Source: a virus. Taken from it: a stretch of DNA of 64,000 nt. The notes below the pieces were generated by a model, which was given only the letters and a program-made list of their open reading frames with translations, made no database searches and was not told where the DNA came from. Positions 50,601 to 59,249 of this stretch are shown here, piece by piece. The position numbers and the translations under genes were made by a program. Numbering within the stretch: position 1 is the stretch's first letter; every line of letters starts with the position of its first letter. The stretch is from positions 32,001-96,000 of IMG/VR virus record IMGVR_UViG_3300008952_000004; one strand, given 5' to 3'.

Positions 50601-50756
50601 GAAGACAATATGGAAGGGTTTGTTCGTATTTTAGATATGGTCAAAGATTATTATAAGACTGTGTTACTTATTAGTCATTTGGACAGTCTTAAAGATTGTG
50701 TCGACACTCAAATAGTTATCGATAAAAAAGATGGATTTGCTTTTATTAACCAGTGA
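47598..50756 (+). CDS. Fused SbcD-SbcC (Mre11-Rad50, T4 gp47-gp46-like) nuclease-ATPase
   Basis: Phosphoesterase motifs ADTH, GDIAH, GNHD, YHG, GDIH; Walker A GKNFSGKS; coiled coil; signature GSGAE; Walker B LDEP; ISH. Confidence 0.92.
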   Translation: MKFAHIADTHIRNLKYHYEYRAVFEKLYEHLRAEKVDYIIHCGDIAHTKTQISPEFVEMCAKFLGNLADIAPTYVILGNHDGNLKNSSRQDALSPIAEALDHKNLHLLKNSGETELKDGFTLNVLSVFDTDNWVKPTPGGDRVNIALYHGSVSGCQTDTGWTMDYGENDISIFDNHDYAFLGDIHKTDQSLDKEGRIRYPGSTVQQNHGETNDKGFLIWDIKNRDDYICKHIVLENPKPFVTIEMTPKGRVPKGTEVPEGARIRLVSNNNLPLDRMRRAVDVVKTRFKPESITFLNRAAGERGSVEDLTDGLQQEDLRDIAVQEELIAEYLKDYQVEDETLQRVFAMNEKYNSKAEENEEVARNVNWKLTSLEWDNLFNYGEGNRIDFTNLSGIVGIFGKNFSGKSSIIDSFLYTLFNSTSKNVRKNLNIINQTKEFGSGKVTIEIGNKEYVVERDSEKYTKRLKGEETTEAKTNTNFISKDHVLQEEVSLNGLTRADTDKAIRRVFGGLDDFLLTAMSSQLGSLAFISEGSTRRKEILAKFLDLEIFDKKYKLAHNDAADLRGALKRLEERNFDEELVEARQLLFENEAKSLGHKNACKNIKRKITKAQKLVTNLQESIDAVPGEPINIKNVERLREELINSLKKYEQKNTTNQKNIEKNNIFIEKAKSFLRDFDIEKLEEKQQIEKSKKQELDQINKSLTEESRTHELYCNRAKTLEGVPCGNQFVTTCKFIKDAYSASKLIDSVADNIAELEGNTKKIEQEVVELDMDSVRTYIKKHKELLDKKTKVENDNVKLRLGIERSNNQILQDTSSLENCQEKIDYYYENKTAIENYNVLLNQKEDALISIRELECSLEECENEVLELYKIHGSYEQNIINLEQLKEELQQHRQSYEAYDLYLKCMNSNGIAYDIIKKRLPVINNEIAKVLTNIVNFDVFLENDGRKLDIYIKHPRFEPRPLELGSGAEKTISAMAIRLALLSVSSLPKGNVFILDEPGTALDEDNMEGFVRILDMVKDYYKTVLLISHLDSLKDCVDTQIVIDKKDGFAFINQ

Positions 50757-50759
50757 ACA

Positions 50760-50769
50760 ACTATTTATA
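50760..50769 (+). promoter_or_regulatory. Putative late promoter (CTAWTTA motif)
   Basis: ACTATTTATA in the gap before the holin-like gene. Confidence 0.6.
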
Positions 50770-50804
50770 AGTGTTAATTGAATGTTTTTTTATAGGAGAA
50801 AATT

Positions 50805-50990
50805 ATGAGAGAATTAGCTGATAAATTACTTGATAAGTTGATTTCGAGAAAACTAATGGTCTGGATGACTGCCACGGGGCTCCTGGCTTATTCCGATTTA
50901 TCCTCAAGCGATTGGGTCGCAATTTCGCTGGTGTATATCGGCTCTGAGGGTCTTGCTGATATAGCTTCCCGCTGGAAACACGGAAGATAA
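50805..50990 (+). CDS. Putative holin (two TM segments)
   Basis: 61 aa; SRKLMVW..., DWVAISLVYIGSEGLADI; AGGAG RBS. Confidence 0.55.
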   Translation: MRELADKLLDKLISRKLMVWMTATGLLAYSDLSSSDWVAISLVYIGSEGLADIASRWKHGR

Positions 50991-50992
50991 TA

Positions 50993-51433
50993 TTGGGATG
51001 GGTTATGACAAATATGTCGTGGAGTGCTACAAAAGTATTTCTAAAGAAGTCTTGGGTCTGGATTAAAACTCACTGGTACGTGCCGCTTGTTTTAATTTAT
51101 ACTGTTATACTGTGGTTTATGTTTCGTCGAAATGATGCCGCAACCAGAAAGGTATTGGAAGCTTCTAGAGAAAGTTATGAATCGCAAATAAAAAGTATTA
51201 ATGAGACACATGCCAAGGAGATTGCTGGAAGGGATAGGGCACTCCAAAATTATGAGGCGATCGTTAGTGCCCTAGAAGAAGAATATGCACTGAAGAGAGA
51301 AGAGTTAGACGAAGCAAAAAAAGAAAAAATAAAAGAATATGTGGAAAAATATGAAGAAGACCCCGAAGAGTTGGCGCGTATTATTGAAGAGCGATTCGGG
51401 ATAAGGTATAAACCAAATGAAGAAAACGAATAA
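50993..51433 (+). CDS. Putative inner-membrane spanin-like protein
   Basis: Single N-terminal TM segment (HWYVPLVLIYTVILWFMF) then a long coiled coil. True start may be 51005 or 51014. Confidence 0.45.
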   Translation: MGWVMTNMSWSATKVFLKKSWVWIKTHWYVPLVLIYTVILWFMFRRNDAATRKVLEASRESYESQIKSINETHAKEIAGRDRALQNYEAIVSALEEEYALKREELDEAKKEKIKEYVEKYEEDPEELARIIEERFGIRYKPNEENE

Positions 51434-51908
51434 ACTTGTATCTTTAATATTGTGCTTTTTGTTGGCTTTTCCAGCGAGCGTATATGCCGAACCTGAACAA
51501 CCCCCAGAATCGTCGACTGAATTGAGTTTGGGTACTTTTACCCTCTTGAAAAAGCAAGATAAAGCCCCCTTTACTGGCTTTTTAATTGATCAAACCGGGA
51601 TGGCAAAACTGCTCGCTGAAACAGAGTTCAAAATTCAACAGCTAGTATTGGAACACAAATTTTCACTCCAGAGTAGCGAAGCTCTTTGGAAGTTAAAGCT
51701 AGAAAACAGTCAGACATCGTTAACATCACTGCAAGAAAAGCATAGTTCTTTACTAGCTATTAAAGATAACGAGATTAAAAGGTTGTCAGACATAGCAATG
51801 GAGAGTCCGAACGATTATAATGCGTGGTGGTTTGTCGGCGGTATTGTGTTAGGTGTGGGACTTACCATTGGTGTAGTATACGGAGTGGCAGAAACGCTAG
51901 AAAACTAA
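51417..51908 (+). CDS. Secreted coiled-coil protein with C-terminal TM segment; possible spanin partner
   Basis: Signal peptide ending ASVYA, coiled coil, C-terminal WWFVGGIVLGVGLTIGVVYG. Confidence 0.5.
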   Translation: MKKTNKLVSLILCFLLAFPASVYAEPEQPPESSTELSLGTFTLLKKQDKAPFTGFLIDQTGMAKLLAETEFKIQQLVLEHKFSLQSSEALWKLKLENSQTSLTSLQEKHSSLLAIKDNEIKRLSDIAMESPNDYNAWWFVGGIVLGVGLTIGVVYGVAETLEN

Positions 51909-53680
51909 TGCCTATTATTACTCAAAAAAGGAGAAGTACCACTGTCGGCAACATGAGTCGCGCCCAATTAAAAGGGTTTGTAAGCGGCTCCGGCGGTGTC
52001 GGCGACACTGGCGCTGATGGCGCTGATGCCTTTACACTTTTTGCCACTAGTGGCGGCGTTATTATGGCAGCAGTTGTAAACTCGTCTGGCGCAGTGACTG
52101 ATAACGCATCAGACTTTGTTTTAATTAAGGGTCTGCGTGCAAATACTACCATTGTAAATAATGGAAACACGGCAGGTGCCGAGGGCACAACCAATGATCG
52201 CTTTGCTTTAGATGTTGAGACTAACGACAAAGTTACTGGGCACAGTTATGACACTAGTGGTAACGAACGAGATGTACATTCAACTTGGAACAGTGGTAAA
52301 ATAGAATTGCGAGATAATAGTGTCAGTGGGGCGATTATCGCCAAACTTACAGTAAGCGACACGGGAAATGATGCAAAACTATTATTAACTGATTTCGCGA
52401 CGGATCAACGAGGAGCTTCCAGCAACACCCTTCAAAAGATTGTGGTCGACGTTCCTGTAGATGTAAGGGTTAATGGTGCCTCAGTTACTGGGTATCCAGT
52501 CACTATAACCATTGTCAAGAACATTCCCGGCGCTAACGGCTCTAATGGTTCAAACGGTTCTGATGGCTCTGATGGGTCGGATGGAGCAGCCGCCCATCGA
52601 ATTTGGTTAACAGGAGGGCATCAGATTACAGCAACACATGTAACCTCTGCCGGGGCAGTAACAAATAGTTCTGCCGATTACGTTGAAGCCAAAGGCTTAT
52701 TATATCCGTCGACATCCATCCTCTACAACGGCAACACTGCTGGGGCAGAAGGGGGCACTAATAATCGGTTTGCATTAGATGTTGAAACAACTGATAAAGT
52801 TACTGGACATAGTTATGACATTGATGGCAACGAGAGAGACGTACATTCAACTTGGAACAGTTCATACATAGAATTAAGGGACAACTCCACTGGTGGTTCG
52901 ATCATAGCCAAGTTGACTCCTACAGACACTGGAGATAATGCTAAATTGTTGCTGACCGATTTTGCAACAGATCAACGTGGCGGTTCCAGCAACACACTAC
53001 AACAAATAAAAGTTGATATTCCTGTTGATGCCCGAGTCAACAGCACCTCAACCGATGAAACGGTTTCTTTGGATATAATTAAAAATATTCCCGGTGCGTC
53101 CGGAACTAACGCACCTTCGTTTATTTCTATTTCCGGTTCCGTATCAAGCGGACTTATAAGTGCCAGATCTACTGGTCACTGGTTGGTCCATGGCGGCTCT
53201 TCCGCTCCTGGCAGCGGCTGGAACCTTACCAGTGGGATAGAGATTGGTCGTGACAATGATAATGCAGGCTCCCCGTCGTCGACACTTACTCTGGATTCTG
53301 GTGTTGGAGAACCTAAAGAAACATTAATCGCAATGGTTCCGGCAGGTAAAACTTGGACATTTAAAAGTGTTTCAGGCACTATTGAGACGACAGCAAGTGG
53401 AGCGGCTTCTCCTCTTGTTGAGGGGGTTTTATGGATTGCCAAAACATCCGCTGCTGTTTCAGGTATGAGTGGCGATGAGGACGTGGTTTTGATGGATGAC
53501 TCTGCCGCTCTTGACATTGATCATTCTGGTGCTGGCACCATGGCTACGTCAGTATACTACACATTAGATGAAGCAGTTTCTGCGGGTTATGGCATCACGC
53601 TAGTCTTGTTTGTTGAAACCCTCGCCGACAGAACTGTTAATATCGGCTTTAATCTTACTTTGGAATTTGAAATTACATAA
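51908..53680 (+). CDS. Fibre-like protein with duplicated domain and collagen-like linker
   Basis: Start at the TAATG overlap; two near-identical modules joined by seven G-X-Y triplets. Confidence 0.7.
   Translation: MPIITQKRRSTTVGNMSRAQLKGFVSGSGGVGDTGADGADAFTLFATSGGVIMAAVVNSSGAVTDNASDFVLIKGLRANTTIVNNGNTAGAEGTTNDRFALDVETNDKVTGHSYDTSGNERDVHSTWNSGKIELRDNSVSGAIIAKLTVSDTGNDAKLLLTDFATDQRGASSNTLQKIVVDVPVDVRVNGASVTGYPVTITIVKNIPGANGSNGSNGSDGSDGSDGAAAHRIWLTGGHQITATHVTSAGAVTNSSADYVEAKGLLYPSTSILYNGNTAGAEGGTNNRFALDVETTDKVTGHSYDIDGNERDVHSTWNSSYIELRDNSTGGSIIAKLTPTDTGDNAKLLLTDFATDQRGGSSNTLQQIKVDIPVDARVNSTSTDETVSLDIIKNIPGASGTNAPSFISISGSVSSGLISARSTGHWLVHGGSSAPGSGWNLTSGIEIGRDNDNAGSPSSTLTLDSGVGEPKETLIAMVPAGKTWTFKSVSGTIETTASGAASPLVEGVLWIAKTSAAVSGMSGDEDVVLMDDSAALDIDHSGAGTMATSVYYTLDEAVSAGYGITLVLFVETLADRTVNIGFNLTLEFEIT
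52160..53104 (+). repeat. Internal duplication (about 52160-52537 and 52727-53104) flanking (G-X-Y)7 at 52529-52591
   Basis: NGNTAGAEG.TN.RFALDVET.DKVTGHSYD..GNERDVHSTWNS...KLLLTDFATDQRG.SSNTLQ...KNIPG occurs twice, offset 564-567 nt. Confidence 0.95.
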
Positions 53681-54069
53681 TGGCGGATAATAGAGACAGA
53701 ATTGCTGGCATCGAGAAAGTCATCAAAGAAAAATATGGCGAGGAAGCAATTGTTAACCCTCGCTCTCTTTGGGATGACGAAAAAGAAAGAAATTATCTTG
53801 AACAGTTGAGGAAAGTGACCGCACAGCATTACCAAAAAACTGAAAAGCCAGATAAGGTCGATAATGACGGTTTTTTCATTTCAAAGAAACTACTTAATAG
53901 AGAATCAGAACGAGAGTGCCCTGTATGTGAAATATATTCTTTTGATGTTCGAGATGATGTTTATATGAGTAAATATGAATGTTGTTTCAAATGTTATGTT
54001 CAATATGTTGAAGACAGGGAGGAAAGATGGCTAAACGGATGGAGGCCCAATAATGGCAACAACACTTGA
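53680..54069 (+). CDS. Hypothetical protein with C-terminal Zn finger
   Basis: CPVC...CCFKC. Confidence 0.7.
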   Translation: MADNRDRIAGIEKVIKEKYGEEAIVNPRSLWDDEKERNYLEQLRKVTAQHYQKTEKPDKVDNDGFFISKKLLNRESERECPVCEIYSFDVRDDVYMSKYECCFKCYVQYVEDREERWLNGWRPNNGNNT

Positions 54070-54613
54070 AATCGCGAGAGGAATTTCGCAAGTAATGGCA
54101 AATGTGCACGACGGTGCGCTTGACGAGAAGGGAGATCCAATCAGTATTGGTCTTCGAAGAGAAGAGGATGTGTGTATACACGACCGACGATTAATGGATG
54201 GGTTTAAAGTGGCTCTTTATGGAGATCATCTTTGTTTGAAGTACCATGGAGAGGTGTTCCTTAAAGAAGTTCACGCCAACGGCTTTGAAGATGATATTGC
54301 TAAAATGATTAAGACGTGTTTGAAATATCTTAAAAAGGAATATAAAAACGTTACAGGTGGCGCCCTCTCCCTTAAAGCTGTCGATGAGCCGGATATTATG
54401 GTGCAAAACACTTCTCGTGTTCGTTCGTGGGTCCAAGCTCAACAGCATTTTCAGATTAGTGGCATGGATGGCACTGAAACTGTTAAGCAGGAGAGTGAAG
54501 ATCGGTTGGACGATGCTATTAAAAACTGGCTAGCTATTGGAAAAGATAAATTTCCTAAGACAAAAAAACCGGAAAATGTATCCGGTAAAAGAGATGAGGA
54601 ACCAAGATCATGA
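54053..54613 (+). CDS. Hypothetical protein, 186 aa
   Basis: Overlapping operonic ORF. Confidence 0.7.
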   Translation: MATTLEIARGISQVMANVHDGALDEKGDPISIGLRREEDVCIHDRRLMDGFKVALYGDHLCLKYHGEVFLKEVHANGFEDDIAKMIKTCLKYLKKEYKNVTGGALSLKAVDEPDIMVQNTSRVRSWVQAQQHFQISGMDGTETVKQESEDRLDDAIKNWLAIGKDKFPKTKKPENVSGKRDEEPRS

Positions 54614-54927
54614 AAATGTCAAAAACAAGATTATTAGATATTATTAGAGAAGAAATCGAAAATATTTCTTTATTTGAAGCAGAGCCCGAAGGAGGTGATG
54701 TCGGGGCACCTGCCGGTGAAGAAACTAAAAGGGACGTTCAACGAGTGGGCGATAAAATGGATAAGACGGCAGGCTTGGATAGGTTGCTTGCTGCCATTAA
54801 TACTCCGGAAGAATTCCACCAATTGATGGTTATGTTCTTGCAAAAAGCCTCTCAACACCCTTCGATTAAACCAACCCAGGTCAAGAGATCTCTACTACAA
54901 TTATCAAGAGAAGCTGCGAAACAATAA
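54610..54927 (+). CDS. Hypothetical protein upstream of TerL
   Basis: ATGA overlap, GAGG RBS; begins with SKTRLLDIIREEIE. Confidence 0.65.
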   Translation: MKMSKTRLLDIIREEIENISLFEAEPEGGDVGAPAGEETKRDVQRVGDKMDKTAGLDRLLAAINTPEEFHQLMVMFLQKASQHPSIKPTQVKRSLLQLSREAAKQ

Positions 54928-54939
54928 AACGAGTAATGG

Positions 54940-56517
54940 ATGGGGTATCAACTAACCAAGAGTGAAATTGTGCGAGAGGTTGTTAAGTGTGGCAAAGACC
55001 CAGCATATTTTATTAATAGTTATGCAAAGATTTCCCATCCTATGAGGGGGCTTATACCTTTTCGCACATATGATTTTCAAGACGATCTCTTGAGAGATTT
55101 CAATGATTATCGCTTTAATGTAATATTAAAAGCTCGTCAGCTTGGTATTTCCACGGTGACCGCTGCTTATGTTGCTTGGATGATGATGTTTCATCGTGAC
55201 AAAAACATTCTTGTTATCGCCACGAAGTTTTCGACAGCAGGAAACTTAGTCAAAAAGGTCAAGCACCTCATTCGAAACCTACCGGATTGGATGATGGTGG
55301 CTAGTATTTCCGTTGACAACCGAACGTCGTTTGAGCTTTCAAACGGATCCCAAATTAAAGCTTCTTCAACATCGGGCGATGCTGGACGTTCAGAAGCGTT
55401 ATCTCTCCTTGTTATTGACGAGGCAGCACACGTTGAGGGCTTGGAAGAACTGTGGACAGGTTTGTATCCCACACTGTCGACTGGTGGTCGCTGCATCGCC
55501 CTGTCGACACCAAATGGTGTTGGCAATTGGTTTCATCAAACTTTTATCGACGCTGATATAGCTGCAAACGATTTCCATCCGACAACACTCCCATGGGACG
55601 TCCACCCTGATCGAAATCAAGAATGGTTTGAAAAAGAAACAAAGAATATGTCGCGACGTCAAATTGCACAAGAGCTTGAGTGCAATTTTAATATGTCCGG
55701 TGAGACAGTCCTTCACCCAGCAGATTTGGAAAAGTTGGAGAGCGAACATTTATGTGAACCCAAATATAAAACGGGCTTCGATAGAAATCTTTGGATATGG
55801 GAGACACATAATCCGGAACATGGGTACTTGCTTGTTGCTGACGTCGCTCGCGGCGACGGCAAAGACTATTCAGCATTTCACGTTATCGACTTGGTGACTT
55901 TGGAACAGGTTGCAGAATATCAAGGTCGACCGAACCTTGAGTCATATGCACAATTGCTTTTTGAGACTGCTAAAGAATATGGTGAATGTATGTTAGTAGT
56001 TGAAAATAACAATATCGGATTTGCTATTTTGGAAAAATTGATTGAAGCTGGGTACCCAAACATTTATTTTTCTGTTAAGTCGACTCACGAGTATATTGAA
56101 CCGCACCTAGCCGAATATGCTAGTAATTCGGTGCCGGGATTTACTACGACTATGAAGACTAGACCGTTGATCATTGCTAAACTTGAAGAATTTATACGCA
56201 ATCAACTAATTATTCTGCGTTCACCGAGGACAATAAACGAAATGAAAACTTTTATTTGGAATAACGGAAAACCAGAAGCGATGAGGGGATACCACGATGA
56301 CTTGGTGATGAGTTTGGCAATTGCCTGCTGGGTGCGAGATACAGCACTAATAACCAATCAAAAAGATTTAGAATATAAAAAATCTTTCTTAAATTCTATG
56401 ACAAAATCGAATAGTATATTAGATACGACTATACCGGGCATGACCGGACACAAGCACAGCGAAGCAACAGATGCGATCAAGAAGCGAAAAGAATTTATCT
56501 GGCTTCTTAAAGGTTAA
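54940..56517 (+). CDS. terL: Terminase large subunit (T4 gp17-like)
   Basis: KARQLGIST (Walker A), LLVIDEAAHV (Walker B), STPNG, ADVARGDGKDYSA, HDDLVMSLA. Confidence 0.95.
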   Translation: MGYQLTKSEIVREVVKCGKDPAYFINSYAKISHPMRGLIPFRTYDFQDDLLRDFNDYRFNVILKARQLGISTVTAAYVAWMMMFHRDKNILVIATKFSTAGNLVKKVKHLIRNLPDWMMVASISVDNRTSFELSNGSQIKASSTSGDAGRSEALSLLVIDEAAHVEGLEELWTGLYPTLSTGGRCIALSTPNGVGNWFHQTFIDADIAANDFHPTTLPWDVHPDRNQEWFEKETKNMSRRQIAQELECNFNMSGETVLHPADLEKLESEHLCEPKYKTGFDRNLWIWETHNPEHGYLLVADVARGDGKDYSAFHVIDLVTLEQVAEYQGRPNLESYAQLLFETAKEYGECMLVVENNNIGFAILEKLIEAGYPNIYFSVKSTHEYIEPHLAEYASNSVPGFTTTMKTRPLIIAKLEEFIRNQLIILRSPRTINEMKTFIWNNGKPEAMRGYHDDLVMSLAIACWVRDTALITNQKDLEYKKSFLNSMTKSNSILDTTIPGMTGHKHSEATDAIKKRKEFIWLLKG

Positions 56518-56536
56518 ATAAAAGAGGGACAATTAT

Positions 56537-58429
56537 ATGGCTGATAATACAAATAATCCAAGAAATTCAGAATCAACACTTTTTAAAAGATTAACGCGCT
56601 TGTTCTCTGGACCCATCGTGAATCATAGAGCACAAACACCGAGATCCTCGCGCCGCCGACAACTTGATAAATATAAATTTACCTCTACGACCGGACAACA
56701 ATTTAAAAAGACCCAATATAATCCGTTTGAAAGTCTTTCTAGTGCCTATATGTCAAATCAAAATCGTGGCGATCGTTACGCGGACTTTGATCAAATGGAA
56801 TATACCCCAGAAATTGCATCTGCTCTGGACGTATATGCTGATGAAATGACCACATCCACATCTTTGCAACCGTTAATGACAATCGATTGTCCAAACGGCG
56901 AAATCAAAGATGTGTTAAATTCGCTTTATCACAATATATTAAATGTTGAATTTAACTTGTTTGGATGGTGTAGGACGATGTGCAAATACGGAGACTTTTT
57001 CCTATATGTCGACATCGATGAAAGAGAAGGTGTTAAAAATGCCATTGGCTTGCCGCCACACGAAGTAGAACGTCTAGAGGGAGAAGACAAAACTAATCCA
57101 AACTATGTACAATTCCAGTGGAACTCAGGCGGTTTGACATTTGAAAACTGGCAAATTGCACATTTGAGAATTTTGGGTAATGATAAATATTCTCCATATG
57201 GCACATCTGTTCTAGAACCCGCTCGCCGGATTTGGCGCCAGCTTACTTTGCTTGAGGATGCCATGATGGCTTATCGTATTGTCCGATCACCTGAGCGTCG
57301 TGTTTTCTACATCGATGTTGGTAATATTGCTCCGAATGACATTGAGCAGTACATGCAACGGGTAATGTCCCAGATGAAACGATCGCAAATTGTTGATCCG
57401 GATACCGGAAGGGTTGATCTTCGCTATAACCCAATGAGTGTTGATGAGGACTATTTTATTCCTCAACGCGGTGGGCAGTCTTCTAGAGTAGAAAGCCTTC
57501 CCGGTGGAACCTATACGGGTGACATTGATGACGTCAAATATTTGCGTGATAAGTTATTCTCCGCGCTTAAAGTGCCGATGTCGTACCTTTCCAGGGGCGA
57601 AGGCGCTGATGAAGACAAAGCGACGTTGGCTCAAAAAGACATTCGATTCGCTCGAACGATCCAGAGACTCCAGAGAGCAATCATTTCTGAGCTTGAAAAG
57701 GTGGGTATTATACACTTATATACACTTGGCTATCGCGAGGAAGATTTAGTTTCTTTTAAATTGAAGCTTAATAATCCCTCTCGAATTGCAGAACTTCAAG
57801 AACTAGAACATTGGAGGACAAAGTTTGATGTTGCTGGGTCTGCAACTGACGGATTTTTTAGCAAGCGATGGATTGCAAAGAACGTTTTCAGTCTTTCGGA
57901 TGAGGAACATCTTCAGAACCTGCGGGAAATGTTCTTTGATAAGAAACACGAAGCGGCGCTAGAAGCTGCCGCCGCAGGCGATGTAGAAGCAGGCGGCGAT
58001 GATCTTGGCGGTGGAGGAGACTTTGGTGGTGACGAGGATGATTTAGATCTTGGCGGAGACGATGAAGGCGCCGAGGAAGCGGAAGAAGGACCACTCCTTG
58101 CCGCACCAGCCCGCCGAGCCGATGACGGCTCATACATTACTCCCGGCGCCAAGGGAAAATATTATACCCCGGTTAATTCTGATAAAAGATCTCTAGGTGC
58201 AAAAAATAGAAGCTTGAGATCAGATTATTCTGATGAATCTGGGCGTAATACAGTACGGAATACCTTTAAGGGCATGACAGATATTAGGACCCTTGTTAAA
58301 ACCACTGGGCTTTCGGAAAATAAAGATTCTAATTACCAAATAGAAGAAAAGATGTTAAGTGTCGATAGCGACGTTAAATCATTGATTAAAGAGTTGGAGA
58401 CAAAAACAAATGAAATTAAAGCACAATAA
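56537..58429 (+). CDS. Portal protein (T4 gp20-like) with acidic C-terminal extension
   Basis: EDAMMAYRIVRSPERRVFYIDVGN, EDYFIPQRGG, DDVKYLRDKLFSALKVP. Confidence 0.95.
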   Translation: MADNTNNPRNSESTLFKRLTRLFSGPIVNHRAQTPRSSRRRQLDKYKFTSTTGQQFKKTQYNPFESLSSAYMSNQNRGDRYADFDQMEYTPEIASALDVYADEMTTSTSLQPLMTIDCPNGEIKDVLNSLYHNILNVEFNLFGWCRTMCKYGDFFLYVDIDEREGVKNAIGLPPHEVERLEGEDKTNPNYVQFQWNSGGLTFENWQIAHLRILGNDKYSPYGTSVLEPARRIWRQLTLLEDAMMAYRIVRSPERRVFYIDVGNIAPNDIEQYMQRVMSQMKRSQIVDPDTGRVDLRYNPMSVDEDYFIPQRGGQSSRVESLPGGTYTGDIDDVKYLRDKLFSALKVPMSYLSRGEGADEDKATLAQKDIRFARTIQRLQRAIISELEKVGIIHLYTLGYREEDLVSFKLKLNNPSRIAELQELEHWRTKFDVAGSATDGFFSKRWIAKNVFSLSDEEHLQNLREMFFDKKHEAALEAAAAGDVEAGGDDLGGGGDFGGDEDDLDLGGDDEGAEEAEEGPLLAAPARRADDGSYITPGAKGKYYTPVNSDKRSLGAKNRSLRSDYSDESGRNTVRNTFKGMTDIRTLVKTTGLSENKDSNYQIEEKMLSVDSDVKSLIKELETKTNEIKAQ

Positions 58430-59249
58430 AAAAAGAAATACAGCTTTTTTATTTGAGGCGCTTGTACGAGAATACACGAGAGCCGCAATTAGAAAAGATG
58501 AAAGAGTCATGACTGAATGTCGGGTTATTCTAAAAAATTATTTTTCTGTTAACACGATCTTGGGGAAGGAACTGTCCTTATATCGCTCTTTGTATGAGAC
58601 AGTGGGATTATCAAAATCCGCCGCCGAAAAACTGATACTGGAAGTCCGTAGGGCTTATAAAGATATTATTTCTGAAAGTCAAAATGAGATCTTTGCCGAA
58701 CAAAGCGCTGTAATTAATAAGATTAATAAGAATGTTTCTACAAATGTTTTTTCTAATTTTGTGCCACAATATAAGAACCTTGCAACCGTCTATCAAATAT
58801 TTAATGGCGGATTGCCTCCTGAAAAAAGAATTCTTCTAGAGGAATATATAAGCGGCGCAATTTCCAGCCCCCCGGTTGAAAAAATACCGAAAGCTAAAGA
58901 TCCCGTAGATAATTTAGTGCTTAAAAACTTTTTAAAAAAGTTTAATAATAAGTATGGAAACTCTCTTCTTGAAGAGCAGAATAAACTTCTGAACCGATAT
59001 GTGCTTTCTTTTTCGGACAATGGGTTGGCTTTCCGGGCATACCTCAACGAAGAACTTGGGCGACTTAAATTAGCTGTGTCACATGGTTTAAAATCGGAAG
59101 AGATCGCAAACGACAAGGATATGGTTGAAAAAACAGAGAAAGTTACAACCATATTAGACAATTTTGCTACTAAAAAAATGACAAACGAAGGCTTGCACCA
59201 AATTTTAAAAATTCAATCGCTAGTCAAGGAGATAAACACTAATGGCTGA
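58410..59249 (+). CDS. Hypothetical protein, possible prohead core component
   Basis: Overlaps the portal end; MKLKHNKKRNTAFLFEAL; position equivalent to T4 core genes. Confidence 0.6.
   Translation: MKLKHNKKRNTAFLFEALVREYTRAAIRKDERVMTECRVILKNYFSVNTILGKELSLYRSLYETVGLSKSAAEKLILEVRRAYKDIISESQNEIFAEQSAVINKINKNVSTNVFSNFVPQYKNLATVYQIFNGGLPPEKRILLEEYISGAISSPPVEKIPKAKDPVDNLVLKNFLKKFNNKYGNSLLEEQNKLLNRYVLSFSDNGLAFRAYLNEELGRLKLAVSHGLKSEEIANDKDMVEKTEKVTTILDNFATKKMTNEGLHQILKIQSLVKEINTNG

Noticed and set aside
51824-51907. Longer N-termini given in the ORF track (also 2425, 6325, 6600, 7418, 7561, 9574, 61065)
   Set aside because: They overlap upstream genes; downstream starts at stop/start overlaps or with an RBS fit better.
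52160-53104. Diversity-generating retroelement TR/VR pair
   Set aside because: Both copies are in frame in one gene, differences are not adenine-specific, and no reverse transcriptase is present.
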